Position numbers and translations under genes: made by a program. A DNA stretch of 64,000 bases, from NCBI GenBank assembly GCA_965238005.1, contig OZ250165.1, positions 1,792,001-1,856,000 of the forward strand, read 5' to 3'. Below, piece by piece: positions 19,558 through 29,827 of the stretch. Origin of the DNA: Longimicrobiales bacterium. Lineage in GTDB: Bacteria > Gemmatimonadota > Gemmatimonadetes > Longimicrobiales > Gaopeijiaceae. Position 1 is the stretch's first letter, and each line of letters starts with the position of its first letter. A model generated the notes under the pieces. It had not been told where the DNA came from, did not search any database, and saw only the letters and a program-made list of their open reading frames with translations.

Positions 19558-21171
19558 ATGTCGATGTCCAGTCATGACCAGGGCCCTCGGGGCCCTCAGC
19601 AAAAGGGCGAGGATCAGACCCACTCCGGGCCCGAGCGCAGAGGCATGCACCCGGAGGACGAGAAGCTCATCAGCAAGCCCGTGTCTCGTCAGGACGAGAT
19701 GACGCGTGTGGCCATCGCCGGCTTCCTCGGGCTCTTCTTGGTCACCATGGCCCTCGCACAGTCTCGACACAGCCCGGAGCCCATTCCTGAGCCTCAGATC
19801 ATGCCGGCCGTGGCCGAGCTGCCCCCTCCGCCTCCTCCGGAGATCGCGGAGATGCTGCCCCCTCCACCGCCCGCCGTGGCTCCCATGCCCTCCTCCGGCG
19901 ACAACCGGCTGTACGGCCGGGTCGTGACCACGAGGGGCCGGGAATACGAGGCGTACATCCGCTGGGACAGGAATGAAGGCAGCTGGGCCGACCTCCTGGA
20001 CGCGAACAAGAGGGTTTCGTCGAGGAGCTTCGAGCGTGCCATGCACGACGAGGAGAGGCGCGTAGGAGATGAGGAACGCCGGATGCGTGACGAGGCGCGA
20101 CGGGACCGAGACGTGGAGCGACGGGACCGAGACGTGGAGCGTTACAGCCGGTTGGGGCGGGACCGTCATGACCGCCACATCGAGGTGCGCGGCGTCCGGA
20201 TCTCTTGGAGGGACAACGACCTCTCCAGCAGCGTCTCGTCGGGAATTCGCTTCGGGCACATCCGCCGGATCGAGCCCCTGAACAGTCGCTCGGCCATTGT
20301 CTTCCTCAGGTCGGGCGAGGAGGTCCAACTCGACGGGAACGCCACCGACCTGGGATCGGGACTCCGTCGTCTGGTGGTGGTGGACGCGAACTATGGTGAA
20401 GTGGAGCTCCGCTGGCGCGACATTGACGTGGTCGAATTCATGGATGCGCCAACGGGAGACCTCGAGCAGGCCCGGGAGGAGAGCCTCTACGGAACCATGG
20501 TCACCAACTCCGGCATGGAGTTTACCGGGTACGTATCGTGGGACGTGGACGAGATCTTCCACTCGGACATCCTGGACGGTGAAGACCGGGGAATCGATCG
20601 GGAGATCCGTTTCGGGGATGTCTCGGTCATCGCGCGCAACAGCTCGGGGTCGGCACATGTGACCCTGCAGGATGGCGAAGAGCTCGTGCTCCGCGGCACC
20701 AACGACGTGGATTCCAGTAACAACGGGATCTCCATCTCGGATGTCGGGCTCGGACAGGTGAAGGTCGATTGGGACGAGTTCGAGGAGCTGCGCTTCCACG
20801 AGCCCGAGAGCCACATGGGCCGGGACGCGTTTGACGGAGGCCATCGCCTCTACGGCACGGTGACCACCCTCGACGGGGACGAGCTCACCGGCTACCTCCT
20901 TTGGGACAACGACGAGGCGTACAGTTGGGAGATGCTCAACGGAAAGGACGACGACGTGGAGTTCTACGTCGAGTTCGGTCAGATCCAGTCCGTGAGGCAC
21001 AGGTCGCAAAGGGGTGCCACGGTCACGTTGTTGGACGGGCGGACCCTGCAGCTCTCCGACTCGAACGACGTGAACGACGGGAATCGAGGGATCGTCGTCA
21101 CGAACGACGACGGCGACTCGACGCTGGTGAGCTGGGACGACTTCGAAGAGGTGCGCTTCCACAGCCGCTAG
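19558..21171 (+). CDS. Membrane-anchored hypothetical protein with Pro-rich linker and three internal repeats
   Basis: GGAGG before ATG 19558; TM segment; LYG-x-(V/M)-x-T...W-D-x-x-E motif occurs three times. Confidence 0.8.
   Translation: MSMSSHDQGPRGPQQKGEDQTHSGPERRGMHPEDEKLISKPVSRQDEMTRVAIAGFLGLFLVTMALAQSRHSPEPIPEPQIMPAVAELPPPPPPEIAEMLPPPPPAVAPMPSSGDNRLYGRVVTTRGREYEAYIRWDRNEGSWADLLDANKRVSSRSFERAMHDEERRVGDEERRMRDEARRDRDVERRDRDVERYSRLGRDRHDRHIEVRGVRISWRDNDLSSSVSSGIRFGHIRRIEPLNSRSAIVFLRSGEEVQLDGNATDLGSGLRRLVVVDANYGEVELRWRDIDVVEFMDAPTGDLEQAREESLYGTMVTNSGMEFTGYVSWDVDEIFHSDILDGEDRGIDREIRFGDVSVIARNSSGSAHVTLQDGEELVLRGTNDVDSSNNGISISDVGLGQVKVDWDEFEELRFHEPESHMGRDAFDGGHRLYGTVTTLDGDELTGYLLWDNDEAYSWEMLNGKDDDVEFYVEFGQIQSVRHRSQRGATVTLLDGRTLQLSDSNDVNDGNRGIVVTNDDGDSTLVSWDDFEEVRFHSR
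20097..20141 (+). repeat. 21-bp tandem duplication in CDS (RRDRDVE x2)
   Basis: GCGACGGGACCGAGACGTGGA repeated directly. Confidence 0.9.
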
Positions 21172-21217
21172 TGTTCCGTTGCCGAAGTTCGCGAGCCACC
21201 AAGAGGGCCGGGGCGCC
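21168..21217. repeat. Partial copy of the modular stop-codon repeat
   Basis: CTAGTGTTCCGTTGCCGAAGTTCGCGAGCCACCAAGAGGG nearly identical to the start of the 59454 copy; matches the reverse complement of ~47620-47655. Confidence 0.85.
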
Positions 21218-21396
21218 GTGGGATCAAGGCGGGACGACGCGGCGTAGCGCAAGCGCCTGACAGCTGGCGTGAGAGGCTCTCCCGGAGCTCCCGGGAGGGC
21301 CTCTTCTGGTGGGGGAGGCCTCCGCGTACCCTTTCAGGGTCGCTGCATCCCGGCCAAGTTGACTCCTCGTCTGAGACTCTCCAGGGTCGTCTCGCC

Positions 21397-24000
21397 ATGA
21401 TACGCCACGCACGCCTCTCTTTCTTGATAACCGGATTGGTGGCCCTGACCCTCTGCGGCTGCTCCGGCGCCCGCTCCCCGCTCTTCACGGAGGAGGGGAT
21501 CTCGTGGGACCTGGCCGAGCTCCGTTCGGCGACGCTCGAGGAGGTCCGCTACGACTACCGACTCCGAGTTCCACGGGAGCGCGAGTCGGCCCTGGAGGGG
21601 TCCGTGACCATCGAATTTTTATGGTCAGACGCCGAGCGTACCGACGTGATCCTCGACTTCAAGGACCCACTCGAGCGGGTGACAGCCGTTCGGGCCAATG
21701 GGGTCCCGGTGGATTGGGAGGCCGTCAACGATCACGTGGTGGTACCCGCCAGGGCTCTCGAAGCGGGTTCACGCAACCAGATCGAAGTCGACTTCGCGGC
21801 CGGGGACGAGGCCCTCAACCGCAACAACGCCTTTCTGTACACGCTCTTCGTACCCGATCGGGCTCATTTCTCGTTGCCGCTCTTCGATCAGCCGAACCTG
21901 AAGGGCCGGTTCACCCTCACACTCGACGTCCCGGAGGGGTGGGTGGCCGTGGCCAACGGGAGGGAGACGGCAAGGGAGGAGGCGGCGGGAGGGGAGGGGG
22001 GAGCGACCTACCGTTTCGCGGAGACCGAGCCTATCCCCACGTACCTCTTCGCCTTCGCGGTGGGCGACTTCCGTATCGAGACGGCCGAACGCGCCGGCCG
22101 CACGGTGAGGATGTTCCACAGGGAGACGGATGACGAGAAGGTGGCGCGGAATCGTGAGGCGATCTTCGACCTCCACGAGGTGGCGCTGGAGTGGCTGGAG
22201 GAGTACACGGGCATCCTGTACCCCTTCGGGAAGTTCGACTTCGTACTCATCCCGCCTTTCCAGTACGGCGGCATGGAGCACCCGGGCGGCATCTTCTACC
22301 GCCAGTCCAGCCTGATGCTGGACGAGTCCGCTACGCAGTCCCAGTTCCTGGGGCGGGCCAGCGTCATCGCCCATGAGACCGCTCACATGTGGTTCGGTGA
22401 TCTGGTCACCATGAACTGGTTCGACGACGTCTGGACAAAAGAGGTGTTCGCCAACTTCATGGCGGCGAAGATCGTCCATCCGTCGTTCCCGGAGATCGAT
22501 CACGACCTCCGTTTCTTCCTGGCCCATCACAACACGGCCTACGGCGTCGATCGCACCGACGGCGCCAACTCCATCCGCCAGCCCCTGGAAAACCTGAAGG
22601 GGGCCGGTAGCCTTTACGGGGCAATCATCTACCAGAAGGCTCCCATCGTCATGCGCCAGCTCGAGTTGCTCCTCGGGGAGGAGTCATTTCGTGACGGCAT
22701 GCGCGAGTACCTGAGTGCGTTCAGCTACGGAAACGCGACATGGCCCGAGCTCATCGCCATTCTGGATCGCCGCTCCGAGGCCGACCTGGCGGCGTGGAGC
22801 CAGGTGTGGGTGGAGGAGCCCGGGCGCCCCGTGATCATCACGCAGATCCTGGACGACGGCGAGGGCGGCGTGGACCTGCTCAGGGTCTTCCAGGAAGACC
22901 CTCACGGGCGGAATCGCATCTGGCCTCAGCAACTCGAGGTGCTCCTGGCCTACGACGACGAGACCTTTCGGGTCCCCGTCGATCTCTCGGGCTCCGCGGC
23001 CCCACTGGACGACTGGATCGGTCGTCCACGCCCGAACTTCGTGCTCCCCAACGCCGCGGGGGTGGAGTATGGGCACTTCCATTTGGACTCGCTCAGCCTG
23101 CGGTATCTCATGGAGAACCTCCCCGAGGTGGAGGATCCCCTCATCAGAGGGATCGGGTGGGTGACGCTGTGGGATGCCGTCCTGGAGGGAGAGGTCGAGC
23201 CCACCGCATGGATGGACCTCCTTCTCAGGGGTCTCAGGACGGAGTCCGTGGAGCAGAACGTTCAACGCATCCTGGGATACGTGGGCACGGCTTTCTGGCG
23301 GCTCACAAGCGAGGGGGAACGACGGGAGTTAGCTCCGAGCCTGGAGCGCGTGCTGTGGGTGGGCATCGAATCCGCCTCGGCGCCCACACTTGGAGCGGCC
23401 TATTTCGGGGCCTGGAGACGCATCGTGATCTCCGATGACGGGGTAGAGCGCTTGAGGCGCATCTGGGACGAAGCCATGGAGGTTCCGGGCGTTCCGTTGT
23501 CGGAGCGGGACTTCACGAACCTCGCCGAGGCACTTGCCGTGCGCGACGTGCCCGATGTCGAGGAGATACTCACTCGGCAGGCCGAGCGCATCACGAACCC
23601 CGACCGGAGGGATCGCTTCGCCTTCATCCGCCCGGCTCTGTCCAGCGATCCGGCCGTGCGCGAGGCCTTCTTCGTACAGCTCGACGACCCGGCGAACCGC
23701 GAGCGCGAGCCGTGGGTTCGGTCGGGTCTTGCGGCCTTGCATCACCCGCTCCGTTCCGCCCACTCCCGCCGGTTCATCCTGCCGAGTCTGGCCCTCCTCG
23801 AAGAGATCCAGCGCACGGGAGACATCTTCTTCCCGAAAGGGTGGCTCGACTCCACCTTGGACGGGCACAGCTCGGCCGAGGCGGCTCTCATCGTCCGGAC
23901 CTTCCTGGAAGGACTGGGTCCCGACTACCCGCCGCGGCTGCGGGGAAAGCTCCTTCAGTCCGCCGACATGCTGTTCCGAGCCGCCCGGATGTCGGGCTAG
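21397..24000 (+). CDS. pepN: M1 family aminopeptidase (probable lipoprotein)
   Basis: GGMEH exopeptidase motif, HETAH...E zinc motif, IIYQKA; N-terminal lipobox LCGC. Confidence 0.9.
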   Translation: MIRHARLSFLITGLVALTLCGCSGARSPLFTEEGISWDLAELRSATLEEVRYDYRLRVPRERESALEGSVTIEFLWSDAERTDVILDFKDPLERVTAVRANGVPVDWEAVNDHVVVPARALEAGSRNQIEVDFAAGDEALNRNNAFLYTLFVPDRAHFSLPLFDQPNLKGRFTLTLDVPEGWVAVANGRETAREEAAGGEGGATYRFAETEPIPTYLFAFAVGDFRIETAERAGRTVRMFHRETDDEKVARNREAIFDLHEVALEWLEEYTGILYPFGKFDFVLIPPFQYGGMEHPGGIFYRQSSLMLDESATQSQFLGRASVIAHETAHMWFGDLVTMNWFDDVWTKEVFANFMAAKIVHPSFPEIDHDLRFFLAHHNTAYGVDRTDGANSIRQPLENLKGAGSLYGAIIYQKAPIVMRQLELLLGEESFRDGMREYLSAFSYGNATWPELIAILDRRSEADLAAWSQVWVEEPGRPVIITQILDDGEGGVDLLRVFQEDPHGRNRIWPQQLEVLLAYDDETFRVPVDLSGSAAPLDDWIGRPRPNFVLPNAAGVEYGHFHLDSLSLRYLMENLPEVEDPLIRGIGWVTLWDAVLEGEVEPTAWMDLLLRGLRTESVEQNVQRILGYVGTAFWRLTSEGERRELAPSLERVLWVGIESASAPTLGAAYFGAWRRIVISDDGVERLRRIWDEAMEVPGVPLSERDFTNLAEALAVRDVPDVEEILTRQAERITNPDRRDRFAFIRPALSSDPAVREAFFVQLDDPANREREPWVRSGLAALHHPLRSAHSRRFILPSLALLEEIQRTGDIFFPKGWLDSTLDGHSSAEAALIVRTFLEGLGPDYPPRLRGKLLQSADMLFRAARMSG

Positions 24001-24004
24001 GCTT

Positions 24005-24559
24005 CTACAGCTTGGGCAGGGTCACACCGACCTGATCCTGGTACTTCCCGTTCCGATCGACGTAGGCCACGCTCGGCTCCTCATCGCCCTCGAAGAAGAG
24101 GAGCTGAGCGATGCCCTCTCCTCCGTAGATCTTCGCGGGGAGCGGCGTGGTGTTCGAGATCTCCAGGGTGAGATACCCACACCAGGTGGGCTCCAACGGG
24201 GTCACGTTCACGATAATGCCGCACCGTGCGTAGGTGCTCTTTCCCACGCACACCACCAGGACGTCCCGCGGAATCCGGAGGTATTCCTCGGTGCGTGCCA
24301 GCGCGAACGAGTTGGGCGGGATGATGCACTCTTTCTCGTTCACGTCCACGAAGGAGCGGTCGTCGAAATGCTTGGGATCGACGATCACGTTGTGAACGTT
24401 CGTGAAGACCTTGAACTCCGAGGCGACGCGGATGTCGTAGCCGTATGAGGAAAGCCCGAAGGAGATGTTGCCATCCTTTACCTGGTTGGCCTCGAAGGGC
24501 TCGATCATCCCGTGCTCCTCGGCCATCCTGCGGATCCAGTTGTCGCTCTTGATTGGCAT
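24005..24559 (-). CDS. dcd: dCTP deaminase
   Basis: [28 protein letters not shown]. Confidence 0.96.
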   Translation of the reverse strand: MPIKSDNWIRRMAEEHGMIEPFEANQVKDGNISFGLSSYGYDIRVASEFKVFTNVHNVIVDPKHFDDRSFVDVNEKECIIPPNSFALARTEEYLRIPRDVLVVCVGKSTYARCGIIVNVTPLEPTWCGYLTLEISNTTPLPAKIYGGEGIAQLLFFEGDEEPSVAYVDRNGKYQDQVGVTLPKL

Positions 24560-24719
24560 GTCGGCGTGGCTCGGAGGGTTTCGAGTAAGACTCGGCTCTG
24601 ACGCGAGAACAAGGCCTCGGAAAGTGGGAACGGACCCCTCTTCCCAGGGTACCGGGCGCTCAAAATACGACCGCTTGGGACAGTACTGCAAACGGGCTTC
24701 CAAGGGCCCCAGGCGCGGC

Positions 24720-24749
24720 TTGACACTTCTTCGAGCCTCGGAATACCTT
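24720..24749 (+). promoter_or_regulatory. Sigma70-type promoter of the nuo operon
   Basis: TTGACA-18 nt-TACCTT. Confidence 0.6.
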
Positions 24750-24761
24750 TTGTCGTCCAAC

Positions 24762-24779
24762 AAGTGAACGATTTCACAA
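24762..24779. promoter_or_regulatory. Rex-like operator (also fits TGTGA-N6-TCACA)
   Basis: AAGTGAA-CGAT-TTCACAA versus Rex consensus TTGTGAA-N4-TTCACAA, located just downstream of the promoter. Confidence 0.6.
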
Positions 24780-24798
24780 GCCACCTCAAAAGGCTGCC

Positions 24799-25155
24799 AT
24801 GTCGGGATCATACATCCCGCTGTTGATCCTCTTCGGCGTGTCGGTCATCAACGCGCTCGGAATGGGCATTGCCTCCCACGTTCTCAACCCCAGGCGACCC
24901 ACTCCACACAAGGAGATGCCCTACGAGTCGGGTATGATTCCGCTTGGCGACACCCGGGTGCGTTTTTCCGTCAAGTTCTACCTCGTGGCCATCAGCTTCA
25001 TCGTCTTCGATCTGGAGACCATTTTTCTCATTCCCTGGGCCGTGGAGATGCGGGAGCTCGGCTGGGGGGCATTCGTAGCGGTCAGCATGTTCGTGGCCGT
25101 ACTGGCAGTGGGGCTTATCTACGAGTGGAAGAAGGGAGGACTCGAATGGGACTGA
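24799..25155 (+). CDS. nuoA: NADH-quinone oxidoreductase subunit A
   Basis: [21 protein letters not shown]. Confidence 0.96.
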   Translation: MSGSYIPLLILFGVSVINALGMGIASHVLNPRRPTPHKEMPYESGMIPLGDTRVRFSVKFYLVAISFIVFDLETIFLIPWAVEMRELGWGAFVAVSMFVAVLAVGLIYEWKKGGLEWD

Positions 25156-25865
25156 ACGAGGGCGATATCAGGGGCACGCCGAGCGTGGCGGACGCCCAGG
25201 CGATGGGCCACACGGGTGGCCACAGGGGGGGGCTCATGGGTGCCGGTGGCCCTACGTTCCTCACCACAAAGGTCGACTTCGTCGTGAATTGGGCCCGCAG
25301 GAACTCCTTGTGGCCCATGCCCTTCGGAACGGCCTGTTGTGCCATCGAGATGATGGCTTCCGCCGCCTCCCACTTCGATCTGGCCCGCTTCGGCATGGAG
25401 CGAATGGCGTTCAGCCCGCGCCAGGCCGACGTTCTCATCTGCGCCGGCCGGGTTCCGTACAAGCTCGCACCCGTTCTCCGGCGGATCTACGACCAGATGA
25501 TGCAGCCCAAGTGGGTCGTCTCAATGGGCGCCTGCGCCAGCTCGGGCGGCGTGTTCGACGTCTACTCGATGGTGCAGGGAATCGACACCGTCGTTCCCGT
25601 CGACGTCTACGTGCCCGGATGTCCTCCCCGTCCCGAGGGCCTCATCTACGGCCTCATGATGATCCAGGAGAAGATCCGAGGAGAAACTCTCGCGGAGCAT
25701 CACAACCTGAGGGCGGAGGATCCTGATCGGGTCGGATTCCCAGAGGTGAGCGCCGAAGAAGTCACGGCCCTGTCCGGTCCGTTCGGAAACTCCACCCAGC
25801 AGGAGCGCCTCGCCGGCCTGGCCCAGACCAAGCGTCCGGACCGGTCCGAGGATCTGCTTCCGTAG
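25146..25865 (+). CDS. nuoB: NADH-quinone oxidoreductase subunit B
   Basis: [29 protein letters not shown]. Confidence 0.97.
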   Translation: MGLNEGDIRGTPSVADAQAMGHTGGHRGGLMGAGGPTFLTTKVDFVVNWARRNSLWPMPFGTACCAIEMMASAASHFDLARFGMERMAFSPRQADVLICAGRVPYKLAPVLRRIYDQMMQPKWVVSMGACASSGGVFDVYSMVQGIDTVVPVDVYVPGCPPRPEGLIYGLMMIQEKIRGETLAEHHNLRAEDPDRVGFPEVSAEEVTALSGPFGNSTQQERLAGLAQTKRPDRSEDLLP

Positions 25866-25876
25866 GCGGGCTGGGC

Positions 25877-26578
25877 ATGGCAGAAGACAACGGCCCCACG
25901 TTCGACGTGGTGGAGGAGGGGCCGGAGGCTTCCGATGGTCCCGTCGAGACTCTACGGGGCACGGCCGATCAGGCCCTGGAGCACCCCTCCGTCACCGCTT
26001 TGAAGGACCGCTTCGGCGAAGCCGTTCTTCACCACGAAGTGCAGGCGGGTGACCAGCACGTCGTTTTCATCGAGCCCACGCAAAACGCCGAGATTCTGGG
26101 CTGGCTGAAGGACGATGCGGACCACGATTACGATCTGCTCGTGGATGTCACCGCCGTCGACTACGGTGGAGGACGACCCATACAGGTGGTCTACCAGCTC
26201 TGGTCCGTGACTCATCGACGGGCCCTCAGGGTCAAGTGCGAGCTGGAGCTCGAGAGGCTGGCCATCGAGACGGTGACGTCGCTCTGGCACTCGGCCGATT
26301 GGCTCGAGCGAGAGGTCTACGACCTGTTCGGCGTGGACTTCACGGGACACCCCGACCTTCGACGGATCATGATGCCGCAGAACTATGCCGAGGGGCATCC
26401 CCTCCGGAAGGATTTCCCGCTCCGGGGGCGCTTCTCGCGGGCCGAGCAGACGAAGCGTGCCCTCTCCCAGGACTACCACGACTACTACACGGAGGAAATG
26501 CTGGAGATGGGCGGCGCCCCGGGCCTCCTTCCGCCGGAGCCGGACGAGCCGGACGCAGACGTGGAGGACGCTCCGTGA
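25877..26578 (+). CDS. nuoC: NADH-quinone oxidoreductase subunit C
   Basis: WLEREVYDLFG, HPDLRRI, GHPLRKDFP. Confidence 0.97.
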   Translation: MAEDNGPTFDVVEEGPEASDGPVETLRGTADQALEHPSVTALKDRFGEAVLHHEVQAGDQHVVFIEPTQNAEILGWLKDDADHDYDLLVDVTAVDYGGGRPIQVVYQLWSVTHRRALRVKCELELERLAIETVTSLWHSADWLEREVYDLFGVDFTGHPDLRRIMMPQNYAEGHPLRKDFPLRGRFSRAEQTKRALSQDYHDYYTEEMLEMGGAPGLLPPEPDEPDADVEDAP

Positions 26579-27774
26579 TCCCCAACTCGTCCGTGGAGCC
26601 CATTATCGGCTCGGAGCACATGCTCATCAACATCGGGCCCCAGCACCCTGCGACGCATGGAGTGCTTCGCTTAATCTGCGAGCTCGACGGCGAGACGGTT
26701 CTCCGGATCATGCCCGACATCGGCTTCCTGCACTCGTCCTTCGAGAAGCTCGGTGAGTACCGGACCTGGAACCAGATCGTCCCCCTGACGGACCGGATAG
26801 ACTACCTGGCGCCGCTCATCTACAACTGCGTCTATGTCATGGCCGTCGAGAAGCTCATGGGCCTCGAGGTCACGGAGCGCTGCAAGGTCGTACGGGTCAT
26901 CTGTATGGAAATGGACCGGATCTTCAGCCACCTCCTGTGGCTCGGGACCATGGCTATCGACGTGGGGGCGTTCACCCCCTTCCTGTACGCCTTCCAGGAG
27001 CGGGAGCGCATCTACCAACTCCACGAGTCGTTCACGGGCGCGCGCATCACCACGTCGGCCACGCGGATCGGCGGCATGATGGCCGATCTCCCCGACGGCT
27101 GGACCGAGTCGCTCAAGGACTTTCTGGAGACGTTCCCGGACACCCTCGACGAAATCGACTCTCTGCTGACCACGAACGGGATTCACCTCGGGCGGACGCT
27201 CGACGTGGGGGTCATCTCGGGGAAGGACGCCGTCAACCACGGCTTCACCGGTCCCAACCTGAGGGCCTCGGGCGTGCCCTACGATCTCCGCAAGGACCAG
27301 CCGTACTATGACTACGAGACCTACGACTTCGAGGTGCCGATAGGCGAGAACGGCGACTGCTACGACCGCTACCTGGTCCGCATGGAGGAGATGCGCCAGA
27401 CCGTTCGCATCCTGCACCAGGCCCTTGACCGGCTCCCCGACGGTCCCATCAACGTGGACGATCCCCGGGTGTCCCTGCCCAGCAAGACGGACTGCATGAG
27501 CGACATGGAGTCGATGATCCACCACTTCAAGCTGATCACCGAGGGCATCCCCGTGCCGGCGGGGGACTGCTACTTCGCGGTGGAGGGCTCCAAGGGTGAG
27601 CTAGGGATGTACGTGGTGAGCGACGGCGGCGAGAAGCCGGTCCGCTGGAGAATCCGACCCCCGTCCTTCGTCAACCTGTCGGTGATCTCCAAGCTGGCCG
27701 AGGGCCATCTGGTCTCCGACCTGATCATGATCAACGCCAGCCTGGACATCGTTCTGGGCGAAATCGATCGATGA
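26575..27774 (+). CDS. nuoD: NADH-quinone oxidoreductase subunit D
   Basis: NIGPQHPATHGVLRL, C-terminal GEIDR; GTG start overlapping the nuoC stop. Confidence 0.96.
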   Translation: MIPNSSVEPIIGSEHMLINIGPQHPATHGVLRLICELDGETVLRIMPDIGFLHSSFEKLGEYRTWNQIVPLTDRIDYLAPLIYNCVYVMAVEKLMGLEVTERCKVVRVICMEMDRIFSHLLWLGTMAIDVGAFTPFLYAFQERERIYQLHESFTGARITTSATRIGGMMADLPDGWTESLKDFLETFPDTLDEIDSLLTTNGIHLGRTLDVGVISGKDAVNHGFTGPNLRASGVPYDLRKDQPYYDYETYDFEVPIGENGDCYDRYLVRMEEMRQTVRILHQALDRLPDGPINVDDPRVSLPSKTDCMSDMESMIHHFKLITEGIPVPAGDCYFAVEGSKGELGMYVVSDGGEKPVRWRIRPPSFVNLSVISKLAEGHLVSDLIMINASLDIVLGEIDR

Positions 27775-28466
27775 GTGAGATTCCCTTCAGGAACCCCGGC
27801 TGGGCCGGAAACACCGGGGAGTACGACCTCACGGAAGAACAGGTCCGTGGGCTCGACTTCGTGGGTGTGCGCGCACTGGAGGGTGGCCATCCCGCGGGCG
27901 CCTCGAGCTATCCGTACATGCTCGAGGAGAAGGACCCGGACGCGCCTCTCTTCGAGGGTCCGTATCAAGAGCGCTTCGAGAAGATCCTGACGCGCTACCC
28001 GGACCAGCGAGCCGCGCTGATTCCGGCCTTGAATCTGGCCCAAGAGGTACGCGGTCACATCTCTCCCGAAACGATGGATCGGGTCGCCGAGCTGCTCGGC
28101 CTGTCGGCGGCCTATGTCCGGGGCGTGGCCACGTTCTATACCATGTACAACAAGCGGCCCGTGGGGCGGTACCTGATCCAGGTCTGTACCAACATCAGCT
28201 GCAACCTGTGTGGCGGCGAAGACGTCCTGGAGGCCTTCCTCAGGTACACCGACACCGAACTGGGCGCAACGTCCGCCGACGGGGCGTTCACGACCATCGA
28301 GGCGGAGTGCTTGGCGGGTTGCGGCTTTCCCACCTGCGTGCAGATCAACTCCAGGTACTTCGAGAACGTGACGCCCGGTGAAGTGCCTAAGATCCTCGAG
28401 CAACTGAAGAGCGATAACGGTGGCGCTCCCAACGCGGCTCGCCCCACTTCCTCAACAGGCCTCTAG
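27771..28466 (+). CDS. nuoE: NADH-quinone oxidoreductase subunit E
   Basis: VATFYTMY, CTNISC, ECLAGC. Confidence 0.95.
   Translation: MSEIPFRNPGWAGNTGEYDLTEEQVRGLDFVGVRALEGGHPAGASSYPYMLEEKDPDAPLFEGPYQERFEKILTRYPDQRAALIPALNLAQEVRGHISPETMDRVAELLGLSAAYVRGVATFYTMYNKRPVGRYLIQVCTNISCNLCGGEDVLEAFLRYTDTELGATSADGAFTTIEAECLAGCGFPTCVQINSRYFENVTPGEVPKILEQLKSDNGGAPNAARPTSSTGL
28422..28466. repeat. MITE-like end fragment forming the 3' end of nuoE
   Basis: GGCGCTCCCAACGCGGCTCGCCCCACTTCCTCAACAGGCCTCTAG matches the reverse complement of 60625-60669 with 3 mismatches. Confidence 0.85.
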
Positions 28467-28468
28467 GC

Positions 28469-29761
28469 ATGGGCTACCCGTACAGTCATGACAAGGAAGT
28501 CCCGATCCTCTCCAAGTACTTCGGTGATCCGGAAGCCCGGACGCTGGAGGGCTGGAAGGCCAGGGGCGGATACCAGGCCCTGAAGAAGGCCCTGGACATG
28601 AGTCCCGAGGACGTCGTGGAGACCGTGAAAGACTCGGGACTCCGAGGCCGGGGAGGGGCAGGGTTCCCCACGGGTCTCAAGTGGAGCTTCATGCCCAAGG
28701 ACAAGTCCAGGGCCCACTACCTGTTGTGCAACGCAGACGAGTCGGAGCCCGGGACCTTCAAGGATCGCGAGCTCATGCGCTGGGTGCCTCACCTGGTCAT
28801 CGAGGGATGCGTCATCGGAGCCTACGCCATGGGCGCCGAGCACGTCTACATCTACTGCAGAGGCGAGTTCTTCGAAGCCAACCAGGTCCTCGCCCGTGCC
28901 GTCGAGGACGCGTACGAGGCCGGAATCCTCGGCGACGACGTCATGGGCTCGGGCCAGAAGATCGACCTGACCGTGTACGTCGGTGCAGGGGCCTACATTT
29001 GCGGAGAAGAAACGGGCCTCATGAACTCCCTGGAGGGACGTCGGGGGGAGCCGCGGGTGAAGCCACCCTTCCCGGCGGCTGTGGGCGTTTTCGGGATGCC
29101 CACCACCATCAACAACGTGGAGACCCTTTGCGCCATCCCCTCCATCGTCGAGAACGGCGGTGAGTGGTACAGACAGTGGGGCACGGAGGAGAGCTCCGGC
29201 ACCAAGCTCTTCTGCGTGAGCGGCCACGTGAACCGACCGGGTAACTACGAGTTGCCTCTGGGATTCCCGTTGTACGAGCTCATCTACGACGTTTGCGGTG
29301 GAATCCCCGAGGGCCGGGCCCTTAAGGCGGTGATACCCGGTGGAAGCTCCGTCCCGCTCCTCTCGGCGGAGGAGTGCGAGACGTGCGAGCTCTCCTACGA
29401 GGGTGTGGTGGAGTCCGGCTCGATGCTCGGCTGTGCGTCGGTCATCGTGATGGACGAATCCACCGACATCGTCCACCAGGTCATGCGCATGGCGTCGTTC
29501 TACGCCCACGAATCCTGCGGCCAATGCACTCCCTGCCGCGAAGGCACCACCTGGGTCACCAAAATCCTCCGGCGCATCGAGGACGGCCGCGGCACCGAGG
29601 AGGACCTGGACACCCTCATCGAGCTCACGGACCAGATGACCGGCACGACCATCTGCGTGCTCTCGGACTCGGTGGCGGCTCCGGTCCAGTCCTCCATAGC
29701 GAAGTTCAAAGACGAGTATCTGGCGCTGATCCGCCGCGGGGAGAGAGTCGGGGTCGCGTAG
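28469..29761 (+). CDS. nuoF: NADH-quinone oxidoreductase subunit F
   Basis: GLRGRGGAGF, NADESEPG, GAYICGEET, ESCGQCTPCREG. Confidence 0.98.
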   Translation: MGYPYSHDKEVPILSKYFGDPEARTLEGWKARGGYQALKKALDMSPEDVVETVKDSGLRGRGGAGFPTGLKWSFMPKDKSRAHYLLCNADESEPGTFKDRELMRWVPHLVIEGCVIGAYAMGAEHVYIYCRGEFFEANQVLARAVEDAYEAGILGDDVMGSGQKIDLTVYVGAGAYICGEETGLMNSLEGRRGEPRVKPPFPAAVGVFGMPTTINNVETLCAIPSIVENGGEWYRQWGTEESSGTKLFCVSGHVNRPGNYELPLGFPLYELIYDVCGGIPEGRALKAVIPGGSSVPLLSAEECETCELSYEGVVESGSMLGCASVIVMDESTDIVHQVMRMASFYAHESCGQCTPCREGTTWVTKILRRIEDGRGTEEDLDTLIELTDQMTGTTICVLSDSVAAPVQSSIAKFKDEYLALIRRGERVGVA

Positions 29762-29822
29762 TGTTCCCTTACGGATGCACCGTGCCCTCGACTGGCCGAG
29801 ACACTTTGGTAACGGGACACTA
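29759..29822. repeat. Short (64 bp) copy of the modular repeat between nuoF and nuoG
   Basis: Imperfect IR TAGTGTTCCCTTAC / GTAACGGGACACTA; internal GATGCACCGTGCCCTCGACTGGCCGAGACACTTTGG identical to the 59454 copy. Confidence 0.9.
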
Positions 29823-29827
29823 AGGTC

